Shown piece after piece: positions 18,090 through 25,725 of a stretch of 64,000 nt of DNA. Source of the stretch: Planctomycetota bacterium (GTDB lineage Bacteria > Planctomycetota > UBA1135 > GCA-002748355). The stretch lies in NCBI GenBank assembly GCA_020638795.1, contig JACKHW010000003.1, forward strand, positions 338,027-402,026, read 5' to 3'. The stretch's first letter is position 1. Every line of letters starts with the position of its first letter. The notes below the pieces were generated by a model. The model had not been told where the DNA came from, ran no database searches, and saw nothing but the letters and a program-made list of their open reading frames with translations. Position numbers and translations under genes: made by a program.

Positions 18090-19847
18090 ATGCCCGTTGT
18101 GGTACGTTCGTTCGCGATGCGCAGCACCTACTTCGTACCCGTCCCCTTCGGCGTCGAGACCGCGACCGAGAACGAGATCGCCGCGCTCGGAGGCCGTGAG
18201 ATCGAGACGCGTCCGGGTGGCGTACGCTGCACGGGCGATCGACGCTTCGGGTATGCGGCCAATCTCTGGCTGCGATCGGCGATCCGCGTCCAGGAGTGGA
18301 TGGCGGAGGACCGGGTCCGCGATGCGCGCGACCTCTACGACGCGCTGCGCGAAATCGACTGGCGCGACTACATGGACGTCGATCAGACGCTCGCCGTCGA
18401 CGCGACGGTGTCGAATTCGGAGATCCGCCATTCCAAGTACGCGGCACTCGTCGTCAAAGACGCGATCGTGGATCAATTCCGAGATCGTGAAGGCCGTCGA
18501 CCCGACGTCGATCGCGATCGTCCCGATCTCCCGCTCAAAGTCGTCGTCGACGGGCAGTCGATGAGCCTATGGCGGAACATGTCGGGACCGAGCCTCCACA
18601 AGCGCGGATATCGAGACGTCCAGGTCAAGAGTCCGCTCAACGAAGCGCTCGCCGCCGGTCTGCTGCTGATGACAGGGTGGGACCCGACAACGAGCCTCGT
18701 TGACCCGATGTGCGGTTCGGGCACGTTCGTCATCGAGGCCGCGCTCCTCGCCATGGACCGCGCTCCCGGCCTATTGCGACGTCGGTTCGCGTTCGAGTCG
18801 TGGCCCGACTTCGATCGGGATCTCATGGATCGACTGCGCACCGAAGCTCGCGAGCGGGCGCGCACGTCGATCGCTGCGCCGATCGTCGGCGCCGATCGGC
18901 ACGGCGGAGCTCTGTCGATCGCGAATCGCAGTGCTCGCCAGGCCGGAGTCGAAACCGTGGTGCGCTTCGTGCGGAAGGACGCAAAGCACTTCGTACCCGA
19001 AGTCCCGCCTTCGATCGTCGTCACGAATCCGCCCTATGGCGAACGCCTCGGGGACGGCACCGAACTCGTGTTGTCGTGGCAGGACCTCGGAACGTTCCTG
19101 CACCGTTGCAACGGTGCGCGCTGTTGGATCCTGTCCGGGAATCCCCAACTCACGAAGTACCTCGGCCTGAAGGCGAGTTCCAAGTGGACCGTGCGCAACA
19201 GCGGGATCGAATGCCGCTGGCTCGAGTACGAGATCGGTGGCGTGGCCGTCCGCAACCCGGGCCTCGCGCTCACCACCGACCCCGAGCTTCCGGCCAGCTC
19301 CGAGAGTTCGGTGCGGGACACGGAAGGCGCGTCGGATTTCGTGCTGCGGCAGATGGTCCGACTCGAGCCCGAGTGCGAGGTCCTCGACCTGGCCTGCGGT
19401 GAGGGTCGACACACCAAGGCTCTCCTCGGCCGTGGTCACCGCGTCGTCGCGATCGATCGGGATCTGTCGTCGCTCGGCCTGCTCGCCAAGCACCGACAGG
19501 TCGAAGCCATCGAGCACGATCTCGAAGAGCATGGCTGGCCGCTGGCTGCAGAGCGCCGGTTCGCGGGAATCGTCGTCACCAACTACCTCTGGCGCCCGCT
19601 CCTCCCGACGATTGTCGCCGCACTCGCGCCTGGAGGCGTCCTGATCTACGAGACCTTCCAGGTCGGCCAAGAAGCGCTCGGTCGCCCGACGAATCCGGAC
19701 TACCTGCTGCGTCCCAACGAACTCCTCGAAGTCTGCTTGCCCGAGCTCGAGGTCCTGGCGTTCGAGTCCGGTCGATTCGAAGAGGGCGGCCGAATCGTCG
19801 TCCGGCAGCGGATCTGCGCGCGTCGCCCCGTCGCGGTGTCTGGGTGA
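18090..19847 (+). CDS. THUMP-domain RNA (guanine-N2) methyltransferase fused to a second class I SAM methyltransferase domain
   Basis: A THUMP-like N-terminus is followed by DPMCGSGTFVIEA and VVTNPPYGERLG. The C-terminal domain has VLDLACGEGRHTKALLGRGHRVVAIDRD. The ATG at 18090 follows AAGGAA; an alternative ATG lies at 18117. Confidence 0.75.
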   Translation: MPVVVRSFAMRSTYFVPVPFGVETATENEIAALGGREIETRPGGVRCTGDRRFGYAANLWLRSAIRVQEWMAEDRVRDARDLYDALREIDWRDYMDVDQTLAVDATVSNSEIRHSKYAALVVKDAIVDQFRDREGRRPDVDRDRPDLPLKVVVDGQSMSLWRNMSGPSLHKRGYRDVQVKSPLNEALAAGLLLMTGWDPTTSLVDPMCGSGTFVIEAALLAMDRAPGLLRRRFAFESWPDFDRDLMDRLRTEARERARTSIAAPIVGADRHGGALSIANRSARQAGVETVVRFVRKDAKHFVPEVPPSIVVTNPPYGERLGDGTELVLSWQDLGTFLHRCNGARCWILSGNPQLTKYLGLKASSKWTVRNSGIECRWLEYEIGGVAVRNPGLALTTDPELPASSESSVRDTEGASDFVLRQMVRLEPECEVLDLACGEGRHTKALLGRGHRVVAIDRDLSSLGLLAKHRQVEAIEHDLEEHGWPLAAERRFAGIVVTNYLWRPLLPTIVAALAPGGVLIYETFQVGQEALGRPTNPDYLLRPNELLEVCLPELEVLAFESGRFEEGGRIVVRQRICARRPVAVSG

Positions 19848-19906
19848 GTTTTTCGACACGCCGATGGCACGACGGCACCTCTCCCGGCATACTTTCCGGC
19901 CGCTTT

Positions 19907-19952
19907 GCGTAGGCCTACGCGCAACTGGTCATTGATTCGATCGATCCGATGA
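19907..19952. promoter_or_regulatory. two palindromes in the rpmE2 leader (candidate operator sites)
   Basis: GCGTAGGCCTACGC (19907-20) is a perfect 14-bp palindrome. TCATTGATTCGA/TCGATCCGATGA (19929-52) is an imperfect 24-bp palindrome overlapping the ATG. Confidence 0.3.
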
Positions 19953-20191
19953 AGAAAGAAATCCATCCCGACTACCACCCGGTGGTCTTCGTCGACGGCG
20001 CCGCCAACTACGAACTCATCTCGCGCTCCACCATGCGAAGCAAGGAAACGCGCGAGATCGACGGCGTGGAGCACTTCGTCATCCGGCTCGACATCTCAGC
20101 CGCGTCGCATCCGTACTACACCGGCAAGCAGGTCTTCGTCGACTCGGCAGGTCGCGTCGAGAAGTTCCTCAAGAAGTACAAGAAGAAGTGA
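19949..20191 (+). CDS. rpmE2: 50S ribosomal protein L31, type B (no zinc-ribbon cysteines)
   Basis: The sequence MKKEIHPDYHPVVFVDGAANYELISRSTM...ASHPYYTGKQ contains no Cys at all, so it is the C-minus paralogue type. Confidence 0.9.
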   Translation: MKKEIHPDYHPVVFVDGAANYELISRSTMRSKETREIDGVEHFVIRLDISAASHPYYTGKQVFVDSAGRVEKFLKKYKKK

Positions 20192-20199
20192 CGTTCGTG

Positions 20200-20228
20200 A
20201 CGCGTGCCCGAGGAGCCAGCGCACGCGT
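20200..20228. terminator. hairpin between convergent rpmE2 and znuA
   Basis: ACGCGTGC (20200-07) is complementary to GCACGCGT (20221-28), with a 13-nt loop. There is no clear U-tract. Confidence 0.4.
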
Positions 20229-20239
20229 TGTCGTAGCAA

Positions 20240-21169
20240 TCAGTTCTTCAGGGCTGCGTCGACCACGTCGAGGTTCTTGCCCTGCACTTCGAAGTAGTCC
20301 ACGTCGCTGCCCTCGATCCCGGCGGACTCACCCGAGTCGAGCACGATGTGCCGGAAGTCGAGTGCATCCGTGAGCGCCTTCTTCACGTCGTCCGACGGCT
20401 CGGTCTCCCACCAGAGGTATTTGGGTCCGGCAGCCACGTCCTTTCCGAGTTGTTCGATCACGGCGGCATCGGGCACGGCGCGCGGGGCGAGATGCAACTC
20501 GTCCGCGAAGGTGAAGCCGTAGCGCTTCGCGAGATACGCGAAGTTGTGGCTCGCGTTGTAGTGCTTCGCCGCGGCCAGTTTCGGTGCGAGGGCCTTCCAT
20601 CGCTTGTCGAGCGTGTCGAACTCGGCGGCGAGTCCGGCATACCGCCCTCGCGCAGCTGGTTGCAAGTCGGGCCAACGAGCGCCCACAGCTTCGAGGATCG
20701 CGAACGCCTGTCGCTTGGCGAGCGTCGGATCCATCCACACGTGCGAGTCGACGTGAGAGTGCGAACCCTCACCGCCGGCGCCGTGCGCGTGGCCCGGGTG
20801 CACGACCTGCGCGAACTCGTTCTCGAGCCCCGCACTGACGTCGACGACCCGGCTCGCGGGAAGACTCGCCTTGTCGACCCAATTCTCGAGCTCGGCTCCG
20901 TGGACGAGCACGAGCGGTGCCGTCTGGAAGAGCGCGATCTCGTCGCGCGACGGTTTCCAAGCCGCCGGATCCACGCCCATGGGCACCGGGCAGTGGACGG
21001 CCACCGTGTCGCCGACGATGCGCCTAGCGAACTGCGCGAGCGGCGGGAAGCTCACGTAGATCTCCTTCTTGTTGCCGGTCTTGCCGACAACGCCGTTGTC
21101 ACCACATCCGGCGAACGGAAGGAAAAGAGCGAATAAAACAAGCCGGGCTATGGAAACGTGTCGCCTCAT
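20240..21169 (-). CDS. znuA: zinc ABC transporter substrate-binding lipoprotein (ZnuA/TroA family)
   Basis: The ATG at 21169 gives MRRHVSIARLVLFALFLPFAGC (lipobox). The His-rich loop HPGHAHGAGGEGSHSHVDSHVWMDP is typical of zinc-specific ZnuA. Confidence 0.8.
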   Translation of the reverse strand: MRRHVSIARLVLFALFLPFAGCGDNGVVGKTGNKKEIYVSFPPLAQFARRIVGDTVAVHCPVPMGVDPAAWKPSRDEIALFQTAPLVLVHGAELENWVDKASLPASRVVDVSAGLENEFAQVVHPGHAHGAGGEGSHSHVDSHVWMDPTLAKRQAFAILEAVGARWPDLQPAARGRYAGLAAEFDTLDKRWKALAPKLAAAKHYNASHNFAYLAKRYGFTFADELHLAPRAVPDAAVIEQLGKDVAAGPKYLWWETEPSDDVKKALTDALDFRHIVLDSGESAGIEGSDVDYFEVQGKNLDVVDAALKN

Positions 21170-21196
21170 GAGTCTCGTGCGAGTGTTCGTCGGACG

Positions 21197-21206
21197 TGAG
21201 ATCTCA
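21197..21206. promoter_or_regulatory. perfect 10-bp palindrome TGAGATCTCA 28-37 nt upstream of the znuA start
   Basis: It was read directly from the sequence, and its function is unknown. Confidence 0.25.
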
Positions 21207-21298
21207 TGCGACACGACGGACTTTGACAAGACCCCACTTCGGCAAGCCCCCATGGAAGAGCCCTCCACCTGGGCGAGTAGGACGTCCAGGCGACACCA

Positions 21299-22390
21299 TC
21301 ACTGGAACACGGTTCGCAGCGACGTACTCACTTCGCCGATTCCACTCATCGCCGAGTTGTCGAGCGTGAAGAACGCGGTTTGGACGATCAGCCCCTTCAG
21401 CGTCATGTCGTTGGGGATTCCGAGTTGTCCCGGATTCGTGCTGCGAACCGAAGGCAGGGGTTGTGCCGACCGGACCGCGCGCAGAATCACGCCGGCCGTG
21501 GTGCACGTCCAGTAGACGGTCGATCCGTCGGGCGACACCGCGATGTCTCGCGGCTCGGGCTCACCGAATCCGAGGAGCGTGAAGTTGCGCGTCGCAGGGT
21601 CGTACTCCCAAACGCGATTGCGACCACCGTTTGCGCCATTCATGCCCGGAGTCGGAACCTCGGTGAAATAGACACGCCCCTTGGCGTCGATCGCGATGCC
21701 CGATGGCTTTTCGAGGCCGGTCAAGAGCGGCGCGATGTTCCCCATCGGATCGCGGCGCAGGATCACACCTGCCGAACGACAGGTCCAGTAGAGCGAACCA
21801 TCGTCTGCAGCCGCGATGTCGAAGGGCTCGGGCTCACCCATGCTCAGGATCATCGGAGTGCCATTGACGAGGCGGGCAACGTTGTTGCCCTTTCCTTGCA
21901 TGCCCGGGTCGGGCACCTGCGTGAAGAAGACGTTCGCGTTCTTGTCGACTGCGATGCCCATGGGCGTCTTCAGTCCCGGCGCGATCGCCTGCTGCACGTT
22001 GCCCTTCCGGCTCATCAGGACGCCCGCCGTGCTGCAGGTCCAGTAGAACGTTCCCTGAGGGTCGAACGCCAGATTCGTCGGACCGGGCTCGCCCGGTACG
22101 ATGACGACGTGATTGCCGCTCCCATCGAGGCGCGACACCGTGTTGTTCTGGCTGAACTTCCCGGGCTCCGGCAACTCCGTGAAGTAGACCTCCCCCGCCG
22201 GCGAAAGGGCGATTCCGGTTGGCGCTTTGAGCCCGTTCTTGAGCACGCTGCGCGTGAACCCTTGGGCCTGCGAAACACCGGAGGTGAGTGCGATGCCGAA
22301 TGCGAGGAAGCAACCGACGAGTGAGCAGGACACCAACGAAGTTGCAAGGGGCGGGACTGGACGCGAAGGACGCTCGCGATGGGCTCGCAC
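21299..22390 (-). CDS. six-bladed NHL/SMP-30-like beta-propeller protein, secreted or lipoprotein
   Basis: Six blades alternate between two types: GIALSPAGEVYFTE, NLAFDPQGTFYWTC, GIAVDKNANVFFTQ, DIAAADDGSLYWTC, GIAIDAKGRVYFTE and DIAVSPDGSTVYWTC. The track start at 22390 is a GTG, so the start is uncertain. Confidence 0.65.
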   Translation of the reverse strand: MRAHRERPSRPVPPLATSLVSCSLVGCFLAFGIALTSGVSQAQGFTRSVLKNGLKAPTGIALSPAGEVYFTELPEPGKFSQNNTVSRLDGSGNHVVIVPGEPGPTNLAFDPQGTFYWTCSTAGVLMSRKGNVQQAIAPGLKTPMGIAVDKNANVFFTQVPDPGMQGKGNNVARLVNGTPMILSMGEPEPFDIAAADDGSLYWTCRSAGVILRRDPMGNIAPLLTGLEKPSGIAIDAKGRVYFTEVPTPGMNGANGGRNRVWEYDPATRNFTLLGFGEPEPRDIAVSPDGSTVYWTCTTAGVILRAVRSAQPLPSVRSTNPGQLGIPNDMTLKGLIVQTAFFTLDNSAMSGIGEVSTSLRTVFQ

Positions 22391-22406
22391 GCGTGCCGAG
22401 TCACGC

Positions 22407-23570
22407 TCATAACGCCCATACGGTCGGTATCCACGAGAGCACGGACCAGGTGGCTAGCACAGCCAGTGCCAATGCGGCGACGACCAAGGCGCCATGCTCG
22501 AGGCACCAGAGTCGAACGATCGTCCCTCGAGCGACTCCGATGCGCTGCAGACTCCGCGTTTCGGAAGCGCGCAGCCGCAGAGTAAGAGACAGAACGAGAC
22601 CGACGAGGAGGACCGTCGAAATGCCGATCAAGAGCGCGAGCCCGTCGACGAGCGCCTTGATGCCGAACACGTAGTCGAGCAGCTCTTCGATCACGTCCGC
22701 GGGCTTCAGGAGCTGCAGCGTGCGCGATGTCTGCAACCGCGCTTCGAGGATCGTGCGTTGCTTGTCGTCCTTCGGAACGACGATCGCCGCGCTGATCGGC
22801 AGCTTGCTCGGATCGCCGTGGATGTGGAACGCGTCGCGATTGTCGTCCGTGACCTTCTGGTACTCGAGGACGGCTTTGCTCAGGACACGCTCGCCGTCCT
22901 GCTCGGACATGACGAGCTTCTCGTCGATGGCTCGAGCATCTTCGTGACCGTGGAACAGTCCCGCTAGCAGCCAGTCGGTCTTGATGTCGACGAAGACCGC
23001 GTCGTCATCCGCGGTCCCGTTCTCGCGCAACACACCGGTCACGAGCATCTCGAGCGCCGGCGGCTTCGAGAGATCGTAGAGTTCGGTCGGATCCGAGAAG
23101 ACCCTTGCTCCGACATCGAGCGCGAGTCGAGACGCGACATGCGCACCGAGCACACAGTCGCCGAGTTGGATCGGCAGCGTGCCGCGCGCGACGCTCGAAC
23201 CCATGACTTCGAAATAGTCGGGGGTCGTCGCGACGATCGGCGTGCCCCTCGCACGAAAGCGACGACCGACCGGGATCACGTAGGCGCGACCGTCCTTTGC
23301 AAGTTCGTCGGCCTCGTGACGTTCGAGCGGAGGCAACGCGAGATCACGATGGCTCAACACGGCGAGCGTCAGGTCGAAGCGATTGCCCCGCGCACCGAGC
23401 ACGAGCGGCACGCGCTCCGACCGCGTGCGTAGCTTCGTCTCGAATCCCTTCGAGACGAGCGTCGACGCGAGCGGCACGAAGAACGCGAGCGCGAGCGCGA
23501 AGCAGAGGATCAGGTTCTGCTTCCATGCGTGGACGAGACGGCGCGACGCGAGCCTGAGGACTCCCCTCAT
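22407..23570 (-). CDS. ABC transporter permease, FtsX/MacB type
   Basis: An N-terminal TM is followed by a large extracytoplasmic domain and three C-terminal TMs (LALLIGISTVLLVGLVLSLTLRLRASE...). The ATG at 23570 overlaps the ATPase stop (ATGA). Confidence 0.75.
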   Translation of the reverse strand: MRGVLRLASRRLVHAWKQNLILCFALALAFFVPLASTLVSKGFETKLRTRSERVPLVLGARGNRFDLTLAVLSHRDLALPPLERHEADELAKDGRAYVIPVGRRFRARGTPIVATTPDYFEVMGSSVARGTLPIQLGDCVLGAHVASRLALDVGARVFSDPTELYDLSKPPALEMLVTGVLRENGTADDDAVFVDIKTDWLLAGLFHGHEDARAIDEKLVMSEQDGERVLSKAVLEYQKVTDDNRDAFHIHGDPSKLPISAAIVVPKDDKQRTILEARLQTSRTLQLLKPADVIEELLDYVFGIKALVDGLALLIGISTVLLVGLVLSLTLRLRASETRSLQRIGVARGTIVRLWCLEHGALVVAALALAVLATWSVLSWIPTVWAL

Positions 23571-24286
23571 CGCGCTGCACCGCCATTCGCAGGGACGGCT
23601 CCCATGTCGAGGACATCGTCGAAGCGTTCGCACACCGCCGGGTCGTGCGTGATACAGAAGAGCGCGATCCCTCGCGCACGCACTTCGTCGCACAGGAGAT
23701 CGACGACGGCGTGGCCGCGTTCCATGTCGAGATTGCCGGTCGGTTCGTCGAGGACCAGCACGTCCGGCTCGGTCACGAGCGCGCGACAGATCGCGACGCG
23801 CTGGCGCTCACCTTGAGACAGTCGTTCGGGCTTGCGCGCGAGCACGTCCTGGATGCCCGTTCGTTCGGCGAGGCGAACCGCACGTTGTCGTGCGTTCGCA
23901 TCGGGCTTCGCTCCGGGCGTGACATCGAACGGTAGCAAGATGTTCTCGAGAGCATCGAGCCACGGCACGAGTTCGAGTTCTTGGAACACGAGACCGAAGC
24001 GACGCAGCCGCAACGCACGCCTCGCCGCATCGTGCAAGGCGTACAGGTTTGCGCCTTCGAACGTCACGAGACCTCGCGTCGGCTCGAGGATGCCGGAGAG
24101 GACCATCGCGAGCGTCGTCTTCCCACAACCCGACGGCCCGACGCATGCCACCGAACGCCCCCAGGCGAGTTCGAAACGCGCGAGTTCGAGCCTAAAACCC
24201 TGGCCGGACGCATCGATACGGTAGGCATGATCGAGCGCTTCGATCTCGAGACACGACCCATGGCGGGCCAAACTACACGCCCCCAC
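23567..24286 (-). CDS. ABC transporter ATP-binding protein (LolD/MacB-like)
   Basis: Walker A is GPSGCGKTT, the signature is LSQGERQRVAICRAL, and Walker B is VLVLDEPT. The putative GTG start at 24286 lies 2 nt after the upstream stop. The track ORF extends far upstream as a shadow. Confidence 0.8.
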   Translation of the reverse strand: MGACSLARHGSCLEIEALDHAYRIDASGQGFRLELARFELAWGRSVACVGPSGCGKTTLAMVLSGILEPTRGLVTFEGANLYALHDAARRALRLRRFGLVFQELELVPWLDALENILLPFDVTPGAKPDANARQRAVRLAERTGIQDVLARKPERLSQGERQRVAICRALVTEPDVLVLDEPTGNLDMERGHAVVDLLCDEVRARGIALFCITHDPAVCERFDDVLDMGAVPANGGAAR

Positions 24287-24288
24287 GC

Positions 24289-25617
24289 TCAACGCCCCTG
24301 ACCACGTGAAGAGTCGGTCGGCTGCTCGACCGGAGCGGTCTGCGAGCCGAAGGTCCGCAGATCGGTCTTCTCGAGCGTGCGCGACGATTTCGGCACGTAG
24401 CTGACGATGCGCCATGCATCGCCGGTGTTCGCGACGCGGAATCGGGCCTCGTACTCGTTGGTCTGGTTGTGGCCATGGCCCCAGTGATAGACCTCGCCAT
24501 AGACGCTCCAAGACGCGTCGACATCGAAGGCCGCGTGTCCGTCGTCCATCGTCGACGGTGCGATCGAAACGGCCTTCAGGTCGACGTTCTTGACGCGGCT
24601 GACGGCGCCACCCTCTTCTCGCATCACGAGCCCGTTGTAGATCGACGCGTAGAGTTCCTCGAGCAACTTGCCGTGGACGCTGCGCGCGAGCGCATCGTAG
24701 ATCTCGTCCTCGGTTCCGAAGTCGAACGCGCGATACACGTTGGTGTGTAGCGCTTCGAAAATCTTGCGCTCCTGCGCTTCGTCGGGAAGCTCCTCGTGAG
24801 TGAACGGAACCGCGACATCGATCGATCGCAGCGGAAAGCACGCCGCGCCGACGATCACGGCAACGATGCCGCCGCGCACCAGGACGCGCTTCCCTGCACG
24901 GCTTCCCGCGAACAGCAACGTCAAGAGCGCGATCGCGCCCCATGCTGCGACGACGAGCACGGTCACGACGGGGACCCGCATCGTCGGCCGCGCCGCAGGC
25001 AGGGGCACGCCCGCGAATTCGGCACGCCCGGCACGCGAGCGATTCCACTCGTAGACAGGTTCGTCGACGCGAAAGGTCACTCTGTCCTCCTTGCCCTCCG
25101 CGAGCGTGCTCGCCGCGACGCTGACGGGTGGTGCTTGTCCGTCCTCGGGATCGAGCGCGAGATCGGGCGGAAACGACGCCCACCGTACCGTCAAGTCTTC
25201 GAACGACGCGTCGGCAGCGTAGGCGAGCTGGAGACGAACCTTCGTCATCGCGCGCATGCCGAAGAGCGGAAAGAGAGGCAGGAGCCGCTGATCGGGCGGC
25301 TCGACGCCGAACCCTTCGTCGACCGGACTGACGACCTTGCCGTCGATCGAGACTTCGTGCTTCGTATTGAAGTGTTCGAACAGCGCCTCGTGCAGCGTGT
25401 CGTGCTCGACCGGGTCGAGGCGATCGCGGTTCTCGCGCAAGACTCCGACGACCAGGTCCGCGAAGAGCAAGTTGACGGTGATCGTGATCTTGACGTCGCT
25501 GCGGCCGATCGTGATCCGGACATCCGCGTCCGGACCGTCCTGCGGATGGAGGTCTCTCCCTCGATCTCCGGGCAGAAGTCCCCCGAGCACGGACGCCACG
25601 AGCGCAAGCAAACGCAT
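24289..25617 (-). CDS. hypothetical membrane protein (signal peptide, extracytoplasmic domain, 2 TM, cytoplasmic C-domain)
   Basis: The ATG at 25617 gives MRLLALVASVLGGLL. Two TM segments follow (VPVVTVLVVAAWGAIALLTLLF and GGIVAVIVGAACF). The N-domain ...LHPQDGPDADVRITIGRSDVKITITVNLL resembles the N-terminal region I associate with HupE/UreJ_2-type proteins. That resemblance is from memory and is weak. Confidence 0.45.
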   Translation of the reverse strand: MRLLALVASVLGGLLPGDRGRDLHPQDGPDADVRITIGRSDVKITITVNLLFADLVVGVLRENRDRLDPVEHDTLHEALFEHFNTKHEVSIDGKVVSPVDEGFGVEPPDQRLLPLFPLFGMRAMTKVRLQLAYAADASFEDLTVRWASFPPDLALDPEDGQAPPVSVAASTLAEGKEDRVTFRVDEPVYEWNRSRAGRAEFAGVPLPAARPTMRVPVVTVLVVAAWGAIALLTLLFAGSRAGKRVLVRGGIVAVIVGAACFPLRSIDVAVPFTHEELPDEAQERKIFEALHTNVYRAFDFGTEDEIYDALARSVHGKLLEELYASIYNGLVMREEGGAVSRVKNVDLKAVSIAPSTMDDGHAAFDVDASWSVYGEVYHWGHGHNQTNEYEARFRVANTGDAWRIVSYVPKSSRTLEKTDLRTFGSQTAPVEQPTDSSRGQGR

Positions 25618-25725
25618 CGACGCAGGATAGCAGCGTGAGCAACGCGTCCCGCCTGGCGCTATCTTGTTTCGCCTACGACTTTCAAGATGCACGGCGCATC
25701 GCGCCGCTACTCGGCAACGGATCCA

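Noticed and set aside
19907-19920. The perfect palindrome GCGTAGGCCTACGC might be an intrinsic terminator of the upstream RNA methyltransferase gene.
   Set aside because: There are no loop nucleotides unless the stem shrinks to 5 bp, and no U-tract follows. Its position in the rpmE2 leader fits an operator better, though its function is unproven.
22407-24286. The ABC ATPase and permease upstream of znuA might be ZnuC and ZnuB.
   Set aside because: The permease has FtsX/MacB topology (one TM, a large periplasmic domain, then three TMs) rather than the ABC-3 ZnuB type. The ATPase is LolD/MacB-like. They are not the canonical import partners.
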